Positions 1 through 12,849 of a stretch of 64,000 nt of DNA are shown in pieces; position 1 is the first letter of the stretch; the number at the start of each line of letters is the position of its first letter. This DNA is from the human T2T-CHM13v2.0 reference genome, Homo sapiens, in NCBI RefSeq assembly GCF_009914755.1, contig NC_060927.1, one strand, 5' to 3'. Both the position numbers and the translations under genes were made by a program. The notes beneath the pieces are model-generated. The model was not told the origin of the DNA, ran no database searches, and saw only the letters and a list, made by a program, of their open reading frames with translations.

Positions 1-1620
1 TGGAGCCCAGGCTGCGGGCACCACAGCCAGGCACAGGTCAGGGGTAAGTTGTGGGTGATGTAAGGACTAGAAGCGTAAGTAATGGCCTGACCCCCATGTC
101 CTGGCTGTGCTGTGCGGTGGGAAAGACATGGGCTCCGGCGGCTGCTGGGGATCGCCTGGCTTGCACCTGCTGGGTCCCCCCCTGGCCACCAGCCTCACCC
201 AAGGGCAGTTGGTGACTGCCTGCCTCACTCCTGCCAACCCTCAGGGGCCTAGGAGTCCTGCGTGGTGGGTCTAGGAACCATGCTGGAGGACAGGCCTGTG
301 CCAGGGCCACCAGGATGTCTATGGCAGGAGCCGGTGCTGGCGAACCCCACACCTTGAGCCCCAGAGCCAGGATCCTCAGCCCAGGAAAGGGACCAGAGGC
401 GGGAAAACCACACGGCAAAGGCTGTCCCGTGAGGTCACGGCTCCGTCACCGCTGCCCACACACGGAAGGCAGCCGCGGCTGGGTGAAGCCATCTTCACAG
501 ACATGCCGTCCTTGAGGCTCTCACACATGCACACAGACGCTCCGTCCTCTCCCACCCGCCCCCCCGCCACCCCGGGCAGGCCAGGAAGTCCCATCTGGGG
601 CCTCCCACCCCGAGGGTTGCCGTCAGTCCGTGTGCCCAGGCATCGGGGCCTGCAGCCTCCACAGACAGCGAGACCTGTGTACGAAGCAGACTCTGTCCTA
701 GGGACAGTGCTGACCCTACAAGGCTGGGTCACTGGAGGCTCCCCGGGTCCAGTGGCTTTGGTGGGACTCCTGGCCAGGCTCCTCCTGGGCCGGGCTGGTC
801 TCCGGCCTCCTGCCTCCCTTGGTGGAGCACCCTTGCTCCCCAGCACCTCCCAGGTTCACACAGCTCCTCCCTGGGGCTGCGCACTGACCCAGGGGCAGGA
901 GGTGGGCCATCCTCTCGGTGGACTGAAGACCTTGTCCGAAGGGAAAGCAGGGCCGGCCCAAGGCCTGGCTGGAAGAGTGGGTCTTGGTGGCAAAGGCGGC
1001 CCGTGGGGGCAGCCCACGCGAATGCTTCCCCGGCGCCCTGAGCCCCTGACCGCGGCTGAGCCTGCGGTACTCTGGCCCCTCTCGTGGAAAGATGACCTGG
1101 GTCTACCATGCTCAGTATCACCCAAAAATTCCTACAGAAGTCTCTCGGGACAAGAAAAGGCCTTCTTCCCTCCCTCCTCCTTTCCTCTTCCTTTCTTTCA
1201 TCAGGGAACAGCTTCCGGCCGCCTGCACTGTTTGGGCGCCGTCATAAGGAGCCGTGACGGCCTTCACAGAGCTCCGGGGCTCACGGGTGTGGCTGACCTG
1301 CCACAAATGGGGCGACAGAGGAGAGGGAGGGTCGGGCACCGATGGCTCAGGAGGGAAGAGATCCCTTCTGTATGGGGAGACGGGGGCTTCCTGGAGGGCA
1401 CTGGAGCGAGGGGCTCACCAGAGTGAGACATCCAAGGGATCTGGGGGACCGGCCATGGGACACTGCGGTCCCACGTGGCTCCTGGATGTGCTGTGTGTTT
1501 GCTGAGCTGGAGGGGACGGGGAGCCCATGTGTGGGAGAGGGAGAGGCCATGCACGCCCTGAGTCGGGCTTTACCAAAACCTTCTGGGGGCAGCAGGAGAG
1601 GAGCCACGCAGAGGCAGAGC

Positions 1621-1785
1621 CAGGGAGAGGCGGTGGGGTAGTGAGGGGGATGTCGGGGTGCACGGGTTAGGAGACCCCCGAGTCCTGGGACCTGCATGCT
1701 GATAGTCAAGGTTGCAGAGGCGGCTGCTGTGGTGACCACAGGGCAGGGAGAGGCAGTGGGGTAGTGAGGGAATGTCGGGGTGCAC
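1621..1785 (+). repeat. Direct repeat of ~43 bp, two copies
   Basis: cagggagaggcggtggggtagtgagggggatgtcggggtgcac at ~1621 and a near-identical copy at ~1744. Confidence 0.85.
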
Positions 1786-1790
1786 AGCAC

Positions 1791-1915
1791 CAGACCCTCC
1801 CAGATCTTCTGATTCAGTCCTGGGGGGACCCTACCCCAGATCTTCCAATTCAGTCCTGGTTCGGCCTGAGAATTTGCATTTTTAACATGTCCAGGGACCA
1901 CAGTTTGAAAACCTC
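1791..1915. mobile_element. Truncated MER5A (hAT-Charlie) fragment with ~2 minisatellite units
   Basis: ggcctgagaatttgcatttttaacatgtccagggaccacagtttgaaaacc resembles one MER5A arm. The other arm, present at 62503, is missing. Confidence 0.75.
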
Positions 1916-2430
1916 CACGGCTGACATGTAATGGGATGACATGGTCCAATAAATGAAGGAAAAATAACAGGTGGCAACCTCAGGCAGCTTCATCCCAACC
2001 AGTAAGAAAGTAAATCCTTTTGTAAACTAAGAGGAAGTATTAATATGGGCGTTTGAGCAAACATTTAAGTGTTAGAACAAAGAATTAAAAACTAGCACAG
2101 GCACCCCTGAAGCATGATAGGATGGCAACAGAAGGGCTGATTTAGTTTCCAAGAAATAACTGACAGGCAATGTTGTGCGTGTGTCTACTACTTAGGAACC
2201 CAAAACAAACCTTCAGACCGTTTTCATGAGTACTGAGACCAAGAAAACCACTGGGCAGTGGGTGGTCTGGAAATGTAAATGTTGATGGTACTCCAGTAAT
2301 GAGTCATGGAACAATGTTTCATATTGAAAATGTTTTTGTAAATGTGGGTTTCAAGGTTTCAAAGTGAACCCGTATGTGTTAGGAGAAAGGACACACCAAA
2401 GAAGTAAAATAATTGGGTCAATAGAAAAAG
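1791..2430 (+). repeat. Segmental duplication, left copy (matches 63391-64000, offset 61,570 bp)
   Basis: 1861 tcggcctgagaatttgcatt aligns to 63431 and 2391 acacaccaaa to 63961. No indels and about 11 substitutions in ~600 bp by manual count. Confidence 0.97.
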
Positions 2431-2998
2431 AAAGTAGAATACTGCCCAGAGAGAAGATGTGGATAATTCCTAACACGGATCAAAGGCACCAAAAAGGTGA
2501 GCTGTGAGTAAGATATTCAGACCTGCACCATCCCCTGCATTAGACACAGACAACATCTTGGTAGGCAACTGGGTGAAAATTCAGAGACAACCCTAGGAAC
2601 TATGAGGATGAAAAAAGTTAGCATTCATGGAATGAGGCACTGACGAAACTGAAAAGCTGGAATAACCCCATGAAATAACGAGAATAATTGTAGTATTCTG
2701 AACCGGGGCACAGGACACAGGACTGGAGTGGAAGGCCGCATGAGACCACCCCGGGAAAGACCCAGGGATCACACTGGCCCAAAGGTGGGCACTTCCCAAC
2801 TCCGGGATTTGTGATACAGGCACTCCAGGCTCCACCACAGAACTGTGTCCAGCACGAAGGCAGTGCTGTCTTGCGGGAGGCAGGGCTGCACCACCACAGG
2901 GGCGGGAAGGGGCCCGGCAGGGAGGCGCCCAGTGTTTCCAGCTGCACGGGGTCGGGGACCGCGCTGATGCAGAGCGCGGGGGCGCAGGTTAAACCTAA

Positions 2999-3675
<677 letters not shown>

Positions 3676-3985
3676 CCAGAGTTTCCGACTGTTAGCGTGA
3701 ATCATATTCACGTCAAAACTTCTTTTTATACAAGAACTAAAAGGCAAACGAAATCCCTGCTCCATCACTGCCTGTCCCGGGTCGCGGCGCGGGACATTTC
3801 CTCCAAGCGCCTTCCCGGCCCCGCGCGCAGGTGGCCTGCGCCGGAGGATCCCGGACAACGCGCATTTCCTGCGCCCCCGGAAGCGGCGGTAACGCCTGGC
3901 CCTGCCCCCGGCAGAGGCGGAATCACAGTCGCTCTGAGGTCGCCCGTGGCCGCAGGTGCCTCAGCCCAGCCGCGCGCCTTGGCCC

Positions 3986-4084
3986 TTGGCCGCCTACTCC
4001 TACCGCCCCGGCCTTGGGCGGCCCTGGGCCTGCTGCGGGCGCGGCGCTGCCCGACCAGAGCTTCCTGTGGAACGTCTTCCAGAG
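3986..4084 (+). pseudogene. PDCD6: PDCD6-like exon 1 coding part: start is TTG, frameshift, donor GT replaced by CT
   Basis: ggcccTTGgccgcctactcc; AAYSYRPG and GPGPAAG lie in different frames; exon ends ttccagag|ctgcca. Confidence 0.88.
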
Positions 4085-4109
4085 CTGCCACCTGGCACCG
4101 CCCCGGCAC

Positions 4110-4420
4110 CTCCCGCCTCCCCCGCAGCTGCCCCGGACCCGTGTCCCGACCCCCGCGGCCAACCCCGTTCCCTGCCGGTTGCCCCGCGGCCTCCCCCGTC
4201 ACCTGCCGGGTCCCCAGCGGCCTCCCCCGTCCCCTGCCCCGACCTCCGCCGTCTCCCCCGCCCCTGCCCGGACCCCCGCGGGCGCCCCCGAACCCTACCC
4301 CGACCGACGCGGCCGCCCCCATCCCCTGCCCCGACCCCCGCGGCCGCCCCCATCCCCTTCCAGGTCCCCCGCGGTCTCCCCCGTCCGCTGCCCGGTCTCC
4401 TGGGGCCGCCCCTGCCTCCT
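4110..4420 (+). repeat. GC-rich degenerate ~31-33 bp minisatellite in PDCD6-like intron 1
   Basis: Recurring cccctgccccgacccccgcggccgcccccat units; G-runs on the minus strand. Confidence 0.8.
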
Positions 4421-5062
4421 GCCCGGTCCCTGTCCTGTGCGTCGGGCGCTTCCCAAGGTGCAGAGGGCGCCACTGCAGACCCGAGGTCGCGGCCACCGGC
4501 TCCTGGGCCAGGCCCTGTTTCTCGCCTCGAGCCGTCGGGGGAGGGTCTCCAGGGTGCTTGTTTGGGGAAAGCGGAAACAGACTGTCTGGGCCGCTGTTAA
4601 AATGTCAGCAGCCAAGGAAGAAGCAGCGACCTGGCGTCTGCTCGGGCCAGGTGACCTTTATGGCGGCGCCTTCTGTCCCTGGTCGCTTTTCCACTGAATG
4701 AATGACCGAAACTGTAGTAACTCATGGCCAGGGAATGGCTTAGTTATCTGAGGGAATCTTGTCTTGTCTGTGAAAAAGGGAAACTGGTGCAAATGGGAAT
4801 TCAGACAGGTCAGGAGGGGAAGGAAGGGAAGGATTGAGGTGGGAAAAGAGAGAGAAAGATGATTGTCCTCTTAGGGGAAGAACACACTTGGACGTGGCTC
4901 CTGGGGCACTTCCTTGATTCCGCTGTACTCCTCAGCGGGACCGGAGAGGCGGAGGTTCCAGGAGGGAGCCTTCCAGAGTCGGTGCAGGGTTGACAGGAGA
5001 CATTTGTTTTGCTTTTCCTGAACTTTCGATCGCCAGCTTGTTTGGTCTTCTTGATGTTATAG

Positions 5063-5122
5063 GGTTGATAGAGAGGAGTGGAGTGATATCGGACACCCAG
5101 CTTCAGCAAGCTCTCTCCAAGG
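5063..5122 (+). pseudogene. PDCD6: PDCD6-like exon 2 with small deletion
   Basis: ttatag|GGTTGATAGAGAGGAGTGGAGTGATATCGGACACCCAGCTTCAGCAAGCTCTCTCCAAGG|gtgagt; the VDKDR codons are shortened. Confidence 0.9.
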
Positions 5123-7494
5123 GTGAGTGGGCCAGTGGGACCTGGGTCTCCGGACCAAGAAGCCGCGAGCCTGCCCTGCTCACAGTGGATAACTTTCTTT
5201 CTGAAGTTGATTTTCCAAGGACAAAGGAATCATTAGGGCAAATTATTATTACTGCTTCATGGTGGAGATGCTTCTGGTTTATTTTGTGGCTACCGCTGTT
5301 ACTGCTTGGAGTGCCTCACCGAGCCAGCTAACAACGGCGTGCGTGAGCGCAGGGAAAGGCTTCTTGAGAAATGAAAACTAGGTTGTAGGTTTAGGAGGGG
5401 AATAGGAAGGTTAGCTCTGTCCAGCCGAAAGCCTTTTGGTAAGTTGGGGGTCCTTGAATTTCCTGGGTGACTGCATCTTGGTGACTTCTCTGAATAGACC
5501 TTCGAGGGCACTGGGGGGTGATTGTTGGAGGGCTTGGGGAGCTCAGGCAGCACTTGTGTGGGAACGTGGCTGTTACAGGAACTGCAGAAACTGGGACTGG
5601 GTTCCTGGGGAAAGGATTGGGGGTGTTGGAGGCGCTGGCAGGGGAGTTATGGGGAGGCGTTCTTATCAGTGTGCGAATATTGGGCGTTCAGGCAGCGGGA
5701 AATCTGGGTCCTTGCGTGTTGTGAGCTCCCTGGAGTTACGTTCTTGCCAGTTTCAGCTCAATTGATCCCCCTCCCCTGAGCTATCATTGGATACATTTTA
5801 CTTCATTGAACACCTGACTGCTGCTTTTTCTGTAATCCCTCAGGGGCAGTCATCTTTTCTGATTCTGTGTATAGTTTGCCTTTCCAGATCCGTGCCATTT
5901 AAGCTAGAAAAGGGGTCAGTTTTGAGATGTTGTGAAAATGTTGAAAGGCTCCTCGTTATTAGTGGGAAGTATCTGATGTTGCCAGAGACTGAACTGGGGC
6001 GCGGGGAGCACTACGGCTGCTAGACACTGCCTCACTGCGCTGTGGGTGGTGGGGGGGGGAGGTGCTGGATTCAGTCTTACTGCCTAATGATTTGTGAGGA
6101 TTTGTGTTTTCAGAGTAACATGTTTACCTTATGTTATCAGTTCCTAATATGTGACGTATGGGCCACAGATGCTGGTGTATTATTTCACATGCATTTATAT
6201 AGATTGTTTTCAGGGAATTCAGAAATTCTGTTATCTCTACACTAGTGATTGTGCTTTCTTGATTTTTCTCTTTTCATTATTCTTAAATCCTTTTTTTATT
6301 TGCATCTCAGTTTATTTATACTCGGGAAGTGCAAGACATGGCGACTAGAAAGAGATGTCAAGAGAACCCGGAATCCAGTAGGCTACAATTTGGCAAATCT
6401 TAGCTTAAAACTTCCTAAATGTTGACCACAGTGGATGCAAATGGCTCTGTGCATCGTCTGTTCAATATGGTCAGGTGACCACCCAGGTTCACGTGGTTTG
6501 TCACCAGGGTGATACGAGCCACACGGAGTGCCCTCCTCAGAGGCCATGTCTCAGAGACGTTTATTTTGAGTGGTTTTCCAGCGAGTGATGCAAGATTTAT
6601 GATCCATTTTAACAGCTGCTTTTTATGCATTTGCTCAAATTTTTAGATTTTAAGTTTAGTTTTAGGTTTTCTGTTAAACTTGCTCAACTAGGAGTGGTGG
6701 TCAAATACTGGACCTCATTAGCATGGTAGCCTGCCCTCCTTGGCAGGCTCCACTGGAGTGCCTTGGGGCCTGCCTGGATTCCAGTCCTGGCTCTACCAGT
6801 TTTGTGTCCTCGCCGTTACTGGGAGGGAGTATTGAGGAAATGCATGCGAGGTGCTTCCCGTGATTCCTGGCACGGAGCAAGTGCTCAGTAATTGTCAGCT
6901 GTGAGTATTAGTAGTAGCTAATACACTACTACTATTCTTGGCTAACAAGCCAGCTCAAAGCTTTGATAGTTTTCCATTACCTGATGATGGTGATGATGGT
7001 TTCCACTTCCTGAACACTCACACCCCTGGGCTAGGCACTTAACCCAAATCCAAGGTCAGCGTTATTGTTTGGGGGTGGGGGAGACACCTCCTGCTCTGAC
7101 TCGTGTGTTTGGGTTCCCGTATTTTCACCAGAGGGTGTTAGTCCTGCCCAAGTTCAGCTGGTCCTCAAAGCGTATATAGCTCTTTAACCGTCAGCAAGTG
7201 TCAGTCAGAACATAATCTTGATTTCAGCTGCTACTAAATATCTACCAGGAGCCTGCTTGAGAGAGAGAATTGCCTGACAGGTGCTGAGTCCACCATTCCT
7301 GAGATACTTTGAAATCAGTGTCTGGCTTAACCCAAGCTGTGTATGGGGACCCTCTCACCGTGGTCCCAATGGAGTCGCTTTTGTTAGGCGCCCCCCTTTA
7401 CCTTGGGCTCTGAGCTTCCTCTGCCTTTCATCCCTGCAGGATGAAGCCCCACCCGCCGTACAGGATGCAAAGCCCTCCTCTATAAAGTGCATGC

Positions 7495-7597
7495 GGGGCC
7501 AGATGCAGTGGCTCACGTCTGACCTCCCAACACCTTGGGAGGCCGAGGCAGGGGGATCGTTTGAGACCAGCCTGGGCAACATTGTGAGACCCTGTTC
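7495..7597 (+). mobile_element. Alu left-arm / FLAM fragment
   Basis: ggccagatgcagtggctcacgtct...tttgagaccagcctgggcaacattgtgagaccctgt. Confidence 0.8.
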
Positions 7598-8389
7598 CTT
7601 GAATTGCCCTGGGAGATTTCCTCAGCTTGTACTGGAGGTGTGTGGCCCCATGAAGCCCATAGTCACCGTTTACCCTGAGAGACGCTGGCTTTGGGGCTCA
7701 CACGCCTGCTGCGGGGCAGCCCCAGGAGATGGCCACCCTGTTTCTCCTGGAGCTGGAGCTGCGCGTGTTCTCAGCAACTGTGGTGGCTGTCCTGTTTTGT
7801 TTGCATCTTATAAACCTTTACCTGATTACATTTTCCTCTTCAATTTAGCTGCTAGAAAACTTAAAGTCAGATTGGTGGCTCACCAGTAATGAGAGTTTAG
7901 AGTAGAGGTAAACTTTATGACATAGTCTTAGACTCTTCACTTTCTCCTCAGCCAACATGATTCACATTTACTTTATTTTGCTGTACTGTGAGTGTCTTTG
8001 TGTTTCCTGAATTCCTTCTGGAATAAGGCAGGTTGTTAGTAAGCACAGGTTTCTGGTCCATCTCATAGCCTCAGGCAGTGGGCGGTGCTGTCCGTGCTCC
8101 CTTTCTGGGTTACCTGTGGTAGCTCTGAAGTTGCAGGGCTGCGATTTGAAGCCTGATTTAGTACACCGTGTTTCTGTTGTGTTCTGTGGTGGTTTGCTCC
8201 TCACATGTGAGCATTCACCGTGGCCCTGTGTTTTTCCACCACACCTCTGCCTGGTGGCATCCTACTGGATGTCTCAGCCGAGCCACTCTGTTCTGAAGAT
8301 GCCCTTGTCCTCCACCCCTTTGCTTTGGGCTCTGAGCTTCTTCTGCCTTTCATCTCTGTAGGATGAAGCCCCACCCGCCCTTCAGGATG

Positions 8390-8590
8390 CCAGCCTTGGC
8401 AACATTGTGAGACCCTGTTTCTACAAAAAGTAAACATGTAGTGGTGCACGCCTGTAGTTCTAGCTACTTGGGAGGCTGAGATGGGAAGATCACTTCAGCC
8501 TGGGAGGTTGAGGCTGCATTGAGCTGAGATCAAGCCACGGCACTCCAGCCTGGGAGACAGAGCGAAACCCCATCTCAAAAAAACAAAGAA
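8390..8590 (+). mobile_element. AluJ fragment
   Basis: cagccttggcaacattgtgagaccctg...cactccagcctgggagacagagcgaaacccc plus A-tail. Confidence 0.85.
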
Positions 8591-9474
8591 AGTGGATGCG
8601 CGCTGCTCCTGCCATTGGATCATCGCAGCATTTTTCTTTTCTCTGATATGCGCCTTTTTCCTCACCGTGGGGGCTCATGTTTTCGTACTTTCCTCTCGCT
8701 ACTAGATTGTGAGCTGCGTGAAGGAAGGTTCATAGTTGTGGTGTATGTACAGGCACACAAAATTTGTCCTTGGATAGACACATATCAATCCGCTTCCTTC
8801 TCCTCTCTGAGTTTCTTTATTTAAAAAAAAAATTAGAGATGGAGTCTCACCGTCTTGCCCAGGCTGGTCTCAAACTCCTAGGCTCAAGCGATCCTCCCGC
8901 CTCTACTAATATGAATTATTAGCCTATACTAATATGAATTCCTATACTAATATGATTGAAATTAGTTTGACTTGTATAATAATTGTTCTCCCAGATTGGG
9001 CTTCTGTTTTGATAGTAGAACTAAATTATTAGGCTATTTCAAGAAATTAATATATTACTGGTAGAAAAACTGAAGCTACAAAATGGCCTGGTTTCTCACT
9101 TCAGTTAAATTTGTGCTTCTGAGTGCTTGTATTGTAGGTGAAACCGCACTGAGAAGGTATTTGTGGCCCGTATGCTGATTGATTGATGAGACTTCTTTGC
9201 ACAGGAGAGCTGCTAAAAATTACTGCGGTGAACAGGTATGAAGAAGACTGTTCTCTGCCCTTCTTTTTGCAATAAAATGTTACAAACTATCTTGAGATTG
9301 ATCCCTTTTCGGGTGTTTGGGTTTTTTTTAACATTCACATATTTCTTGGAATTATAAGAAATTAACTTTGTGCTTCTGAAGTGGGTTTCCCTTAATATAA
9401 CACTGTTGTATTTGTAAGGGGCATTTTTAAAGTTGTACTTTAAAAAATAATAATTCTTACATTCGTTTGAAGGT

Positions 9475-9772
9475 TTTTTGTTTGTTTGTTTGTTTGTTTT
9501 TGAGATGAAGGCTTGCCCCGTCACCCAGGCTGGAGTGCAGTGGCATTGATCTTGGCTCACTGCAACCTCTGCATCTGGAGTTCAAGCAATTCTCCTGCCT
9601 CAGCCTCCTGAGTAGCTGGGACTACAGGCACCTGCCACCACGCCCAGCTAATTTTTTGTATTTTTAATAGAGATGGGGTTTCACCGTGTTAGCCAGGATG
9701 GTCTCAATCTCCTGACCTCATGATCCGCCCACCTCGGCCTCCCAAAGTGCTGGGATTACAGGCGTGAGCCAG
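9475..9772 (-). mobile_element. Alu, antisense, with TTTG tail
   Basis: (tttg)n gagatgaaggcttgcc...ggattacaggcgtgagcca. Confidence 0.93.
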
Positions 9773-9774
9773 GG

Positions 9775-10013
<239 letters not shown>

Positions 10014-10489
10014 TTACAGAATCCAGGCCAGACAAATCTAAACTTTAATCTCATACCCAGTTCCTATATGAGTCCCTTCTCCAGCTCAGGTTTGGCCTAA
10101 GCCTCAGGGTTCCTTACTTGGTGGGCACCACCTGCTCCCTTCCCCGCCTTTGTCCTCTTTTTCCTCTGCTGGCTCCTCCGGGGTTGGGTGTGTTCAGAGG
10201 CAGAGACAGGCTCAAGGTCTTTGTCCTTTAGGTTCTGTTGATGGGTGAGTTCCAGATATAGCTTTCTCTTGTAGGATATTTCATTTATTTATCAATTAAA
10301 AATATTTATTTAGAACACACCATTCATGTGCCAGACCCTGTTCCAGGCACTGGGGATAGGGTGATGAATGAGATCAACAAAAATACCTGCCCACATTAAG
10401 CTCCTGTTCTAGGGAAGACAAAAAAGAAAGAAAATACACGTGTCCTTAGTACATTAGAAGGTTCCAAGTACTGTAGAGAAAAATAAAGT

Positions 10490-10848
<359 letters not shown>

Positions 10849-11747
10849 TCACAGCGGAGGGGCTGGGGATGCACGGGAGGGGCTGGGGATGTGAGCTTTC
10901 CTGAGTTCCCACAGTTCTCTGCCCCTCTCCTGTCTCATGGCACAAGGGCCCCCTGGGGCTTGCGGTGGTTTTGCGCCAAGCTAATATCTTGTTCTTCCCA
11001 ACAGACGGAGGCCCATTGAGGCTTCTGTGTCCTCCACGGGGACCAGCATTGGGCTAAACCTGCAGACACCATTGCAAAGGGAATTCAGGCAAACCCGCTG
11101 GTGAAAAATGATTCCAGCGTGGGGACAGAGGCTGACATTTCTTGCCTGGGTGATTTAATGTTGGGCCTCAATTTTTCACTCCCCCCGTAAGAGTATGACA
11201 TAGCCACAACCTTGCCAGGGCCCGAGGGAGGGTGGATGGACTTATCCGTCCCATAGGTGTTGCTTGTGGCTGGGTGACTTGCTTCTGCCAACGAGATTTT
11301 CACAGACACGGCACAAGCAGAAGCCTGGAATGTGTGGGCACTGCCAGGCCTGCCGTCTAAGGCTCTTGATTTTCCCCATGAGATGCACGTGCCCCAGGGA
11401 ACGGCGGCTCTGGCTGTGGGATGAGAGGCGTGTGGAGCAGTCATGGTTCCCATCCTTAGCCTGGAGTCAAGGCCAGGCTAGATCAGCCTAAGCCCAGCCA
11501 CGCCATGGGTGCAGGAGTGAAGAGCAAATGCTAACTGTCCATGGAATTGACTTTCAAAGGGGCGTGTCATGTGCCTCATCCCAGCAACAGGGAAGGCATT
11601 TCTCTATCAGTCAGTTGGTAAATGATTATTGACAAACAATGTGCTGGGAAGGTGGAGTGATTTGAGTAGATTTGGCCTCTATTCTCATGGAGCTTCCTTT
11701 CTAGAGGGGAAGGCAGATGATGGATGGATAAATATAAATGATTCTAA

Positions 11748-11870
11748 TAGGTTGGTGCAGCAGTCATTAAAAGTAATGGCAAAAAAAAACCAAAAGAAAC
11801 GGGGAGGAGCCGTTGCTGCCGTTCATTGATAGTAATGGCAAAACCCGCGATGACTTGTGCGCCAACCTAA
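11748..11870. mobile_element. Degenerate or rearranged MADE1 (Mariner-derived MITE)
   Basis: TIRs taggttggtgca...tgcgccaacctaa, with agtaatggcaaaa occurring twice inside. Confidence 0.7.
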
Positions 11871-12849
11871 CCCAGTAACCACGGGTGTGCAAATGTGGCG
11901 ATGGGCAAGTTCCGAGTGCTAGGAGAGCATCTAGCTTCCCGGAGTCAGGAGACGGGGGTTGGCAACCTAACCAAGGTTAAGTCCAAGTGAGGGGGGTGCG
12001 CAGGGAGCGATATTTCAGTGGAGACTCCAAGGATGAATGGTATTTAGAGAGTAAACCCCGATAGGGTGTTTGTCTGGCACAGAGAAGAGCCTGTGCAAAA
12101 GCTGATGGGGCGAGAGGACACCGTGTGTTCATCCACCTGAGGGGCGACCAGCAGGCTGGAGCTCAGTGGGTTGAGAGGAGGATGCAGAGCCCGGGAAAGG
12201 CACCCTAGGCAGAGGGCACAGAAGTGCAAAGGCCTGGAGTGTGGCCTGAGCCTGTGTGGTTTGAGGAACGGACAGAGGCCTGTCCGTCAGGAAGGGAACG
12301 GCACCGGGGAGAGACCTTAGGCCACAGCAGAGGGCAGGGCAGAGGGCAGGGCCGTGCTGGGCACTGTGGGCTGTGGATGGTGCTGGCATTTAAGAGGGGA
12401 GACCATAGACCAGGGCAGAGGGCAGGGCCGTGCTGGGCACTTTGGGCTGTGGATGGGAGCTGGCATTTATGCTCAGGTGATGGGAATGTGTTAAAAGATT
12501 TTAAGGAGGGGAGTAACAGTTGGGATTAATGTGTATTCTGGGAATCTCAACAAAGTAAATTCATAGTTTGAATTTTCATAAGACTTCTGCACAGGCAGAG
12601 AGAAATAAGATCGTGTCTACAGCTGTGTGATGATTTTATTGAAAAACATTACTAAGTTTTTAAACGTGATTTCAAATGGTGTGTTTCTGTTTCACCTTGG
12701 ACATAAGTAGATTGCAAGGCTAATGGAAAGTAGAAAAGTTAATTCATGAACATAAAAGAGATATCAATTTGAAAACAAAACATTTATTCATTTACTTCCG
12801 CTGCAGATTTCTTGACTGCTGAATTTCATGAGAAGGGATTGTTCAGGGA

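Larger units (their letters stand above)
3770..4690 (+). promoter_or_regulatory. CpG island / duplicated PDCD6 promoter
   Basis: Very high GC and CpG density around the PDCD6-like exon 1, with an ETS-like ccggaagcg at ~3877. Confidence 0.85.
3986..5122 (+). pseudogene. PDCD6: PDCD6 (ALG-2) partial unprocessed pseudogene, exons 1-2 only
   Basis: Encodes (L)AAYSYRPG../GPGPAAGAALPDQSFLWNVFQ and RSGVISDTQLQQALS, matching the PDCD6 N-terminus. No later PDCD6 exons recognised in the window. Confidence 0.93.

Noticed and set aside
38-1790. Overlapping long ORFs, e.g. 503-1426 (307 aa)
   Set aside because: GC-rich sequence open in several frames on both strands, low-complexity P/G/R/A composition, no recognisable domain.
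3697-4701. ORFs of 200-334 aa over the first CpG island
   Set aside because: Stop-poor CpG island and VNTR; only short PDCD6 pieces are real homology, and those are disabled.
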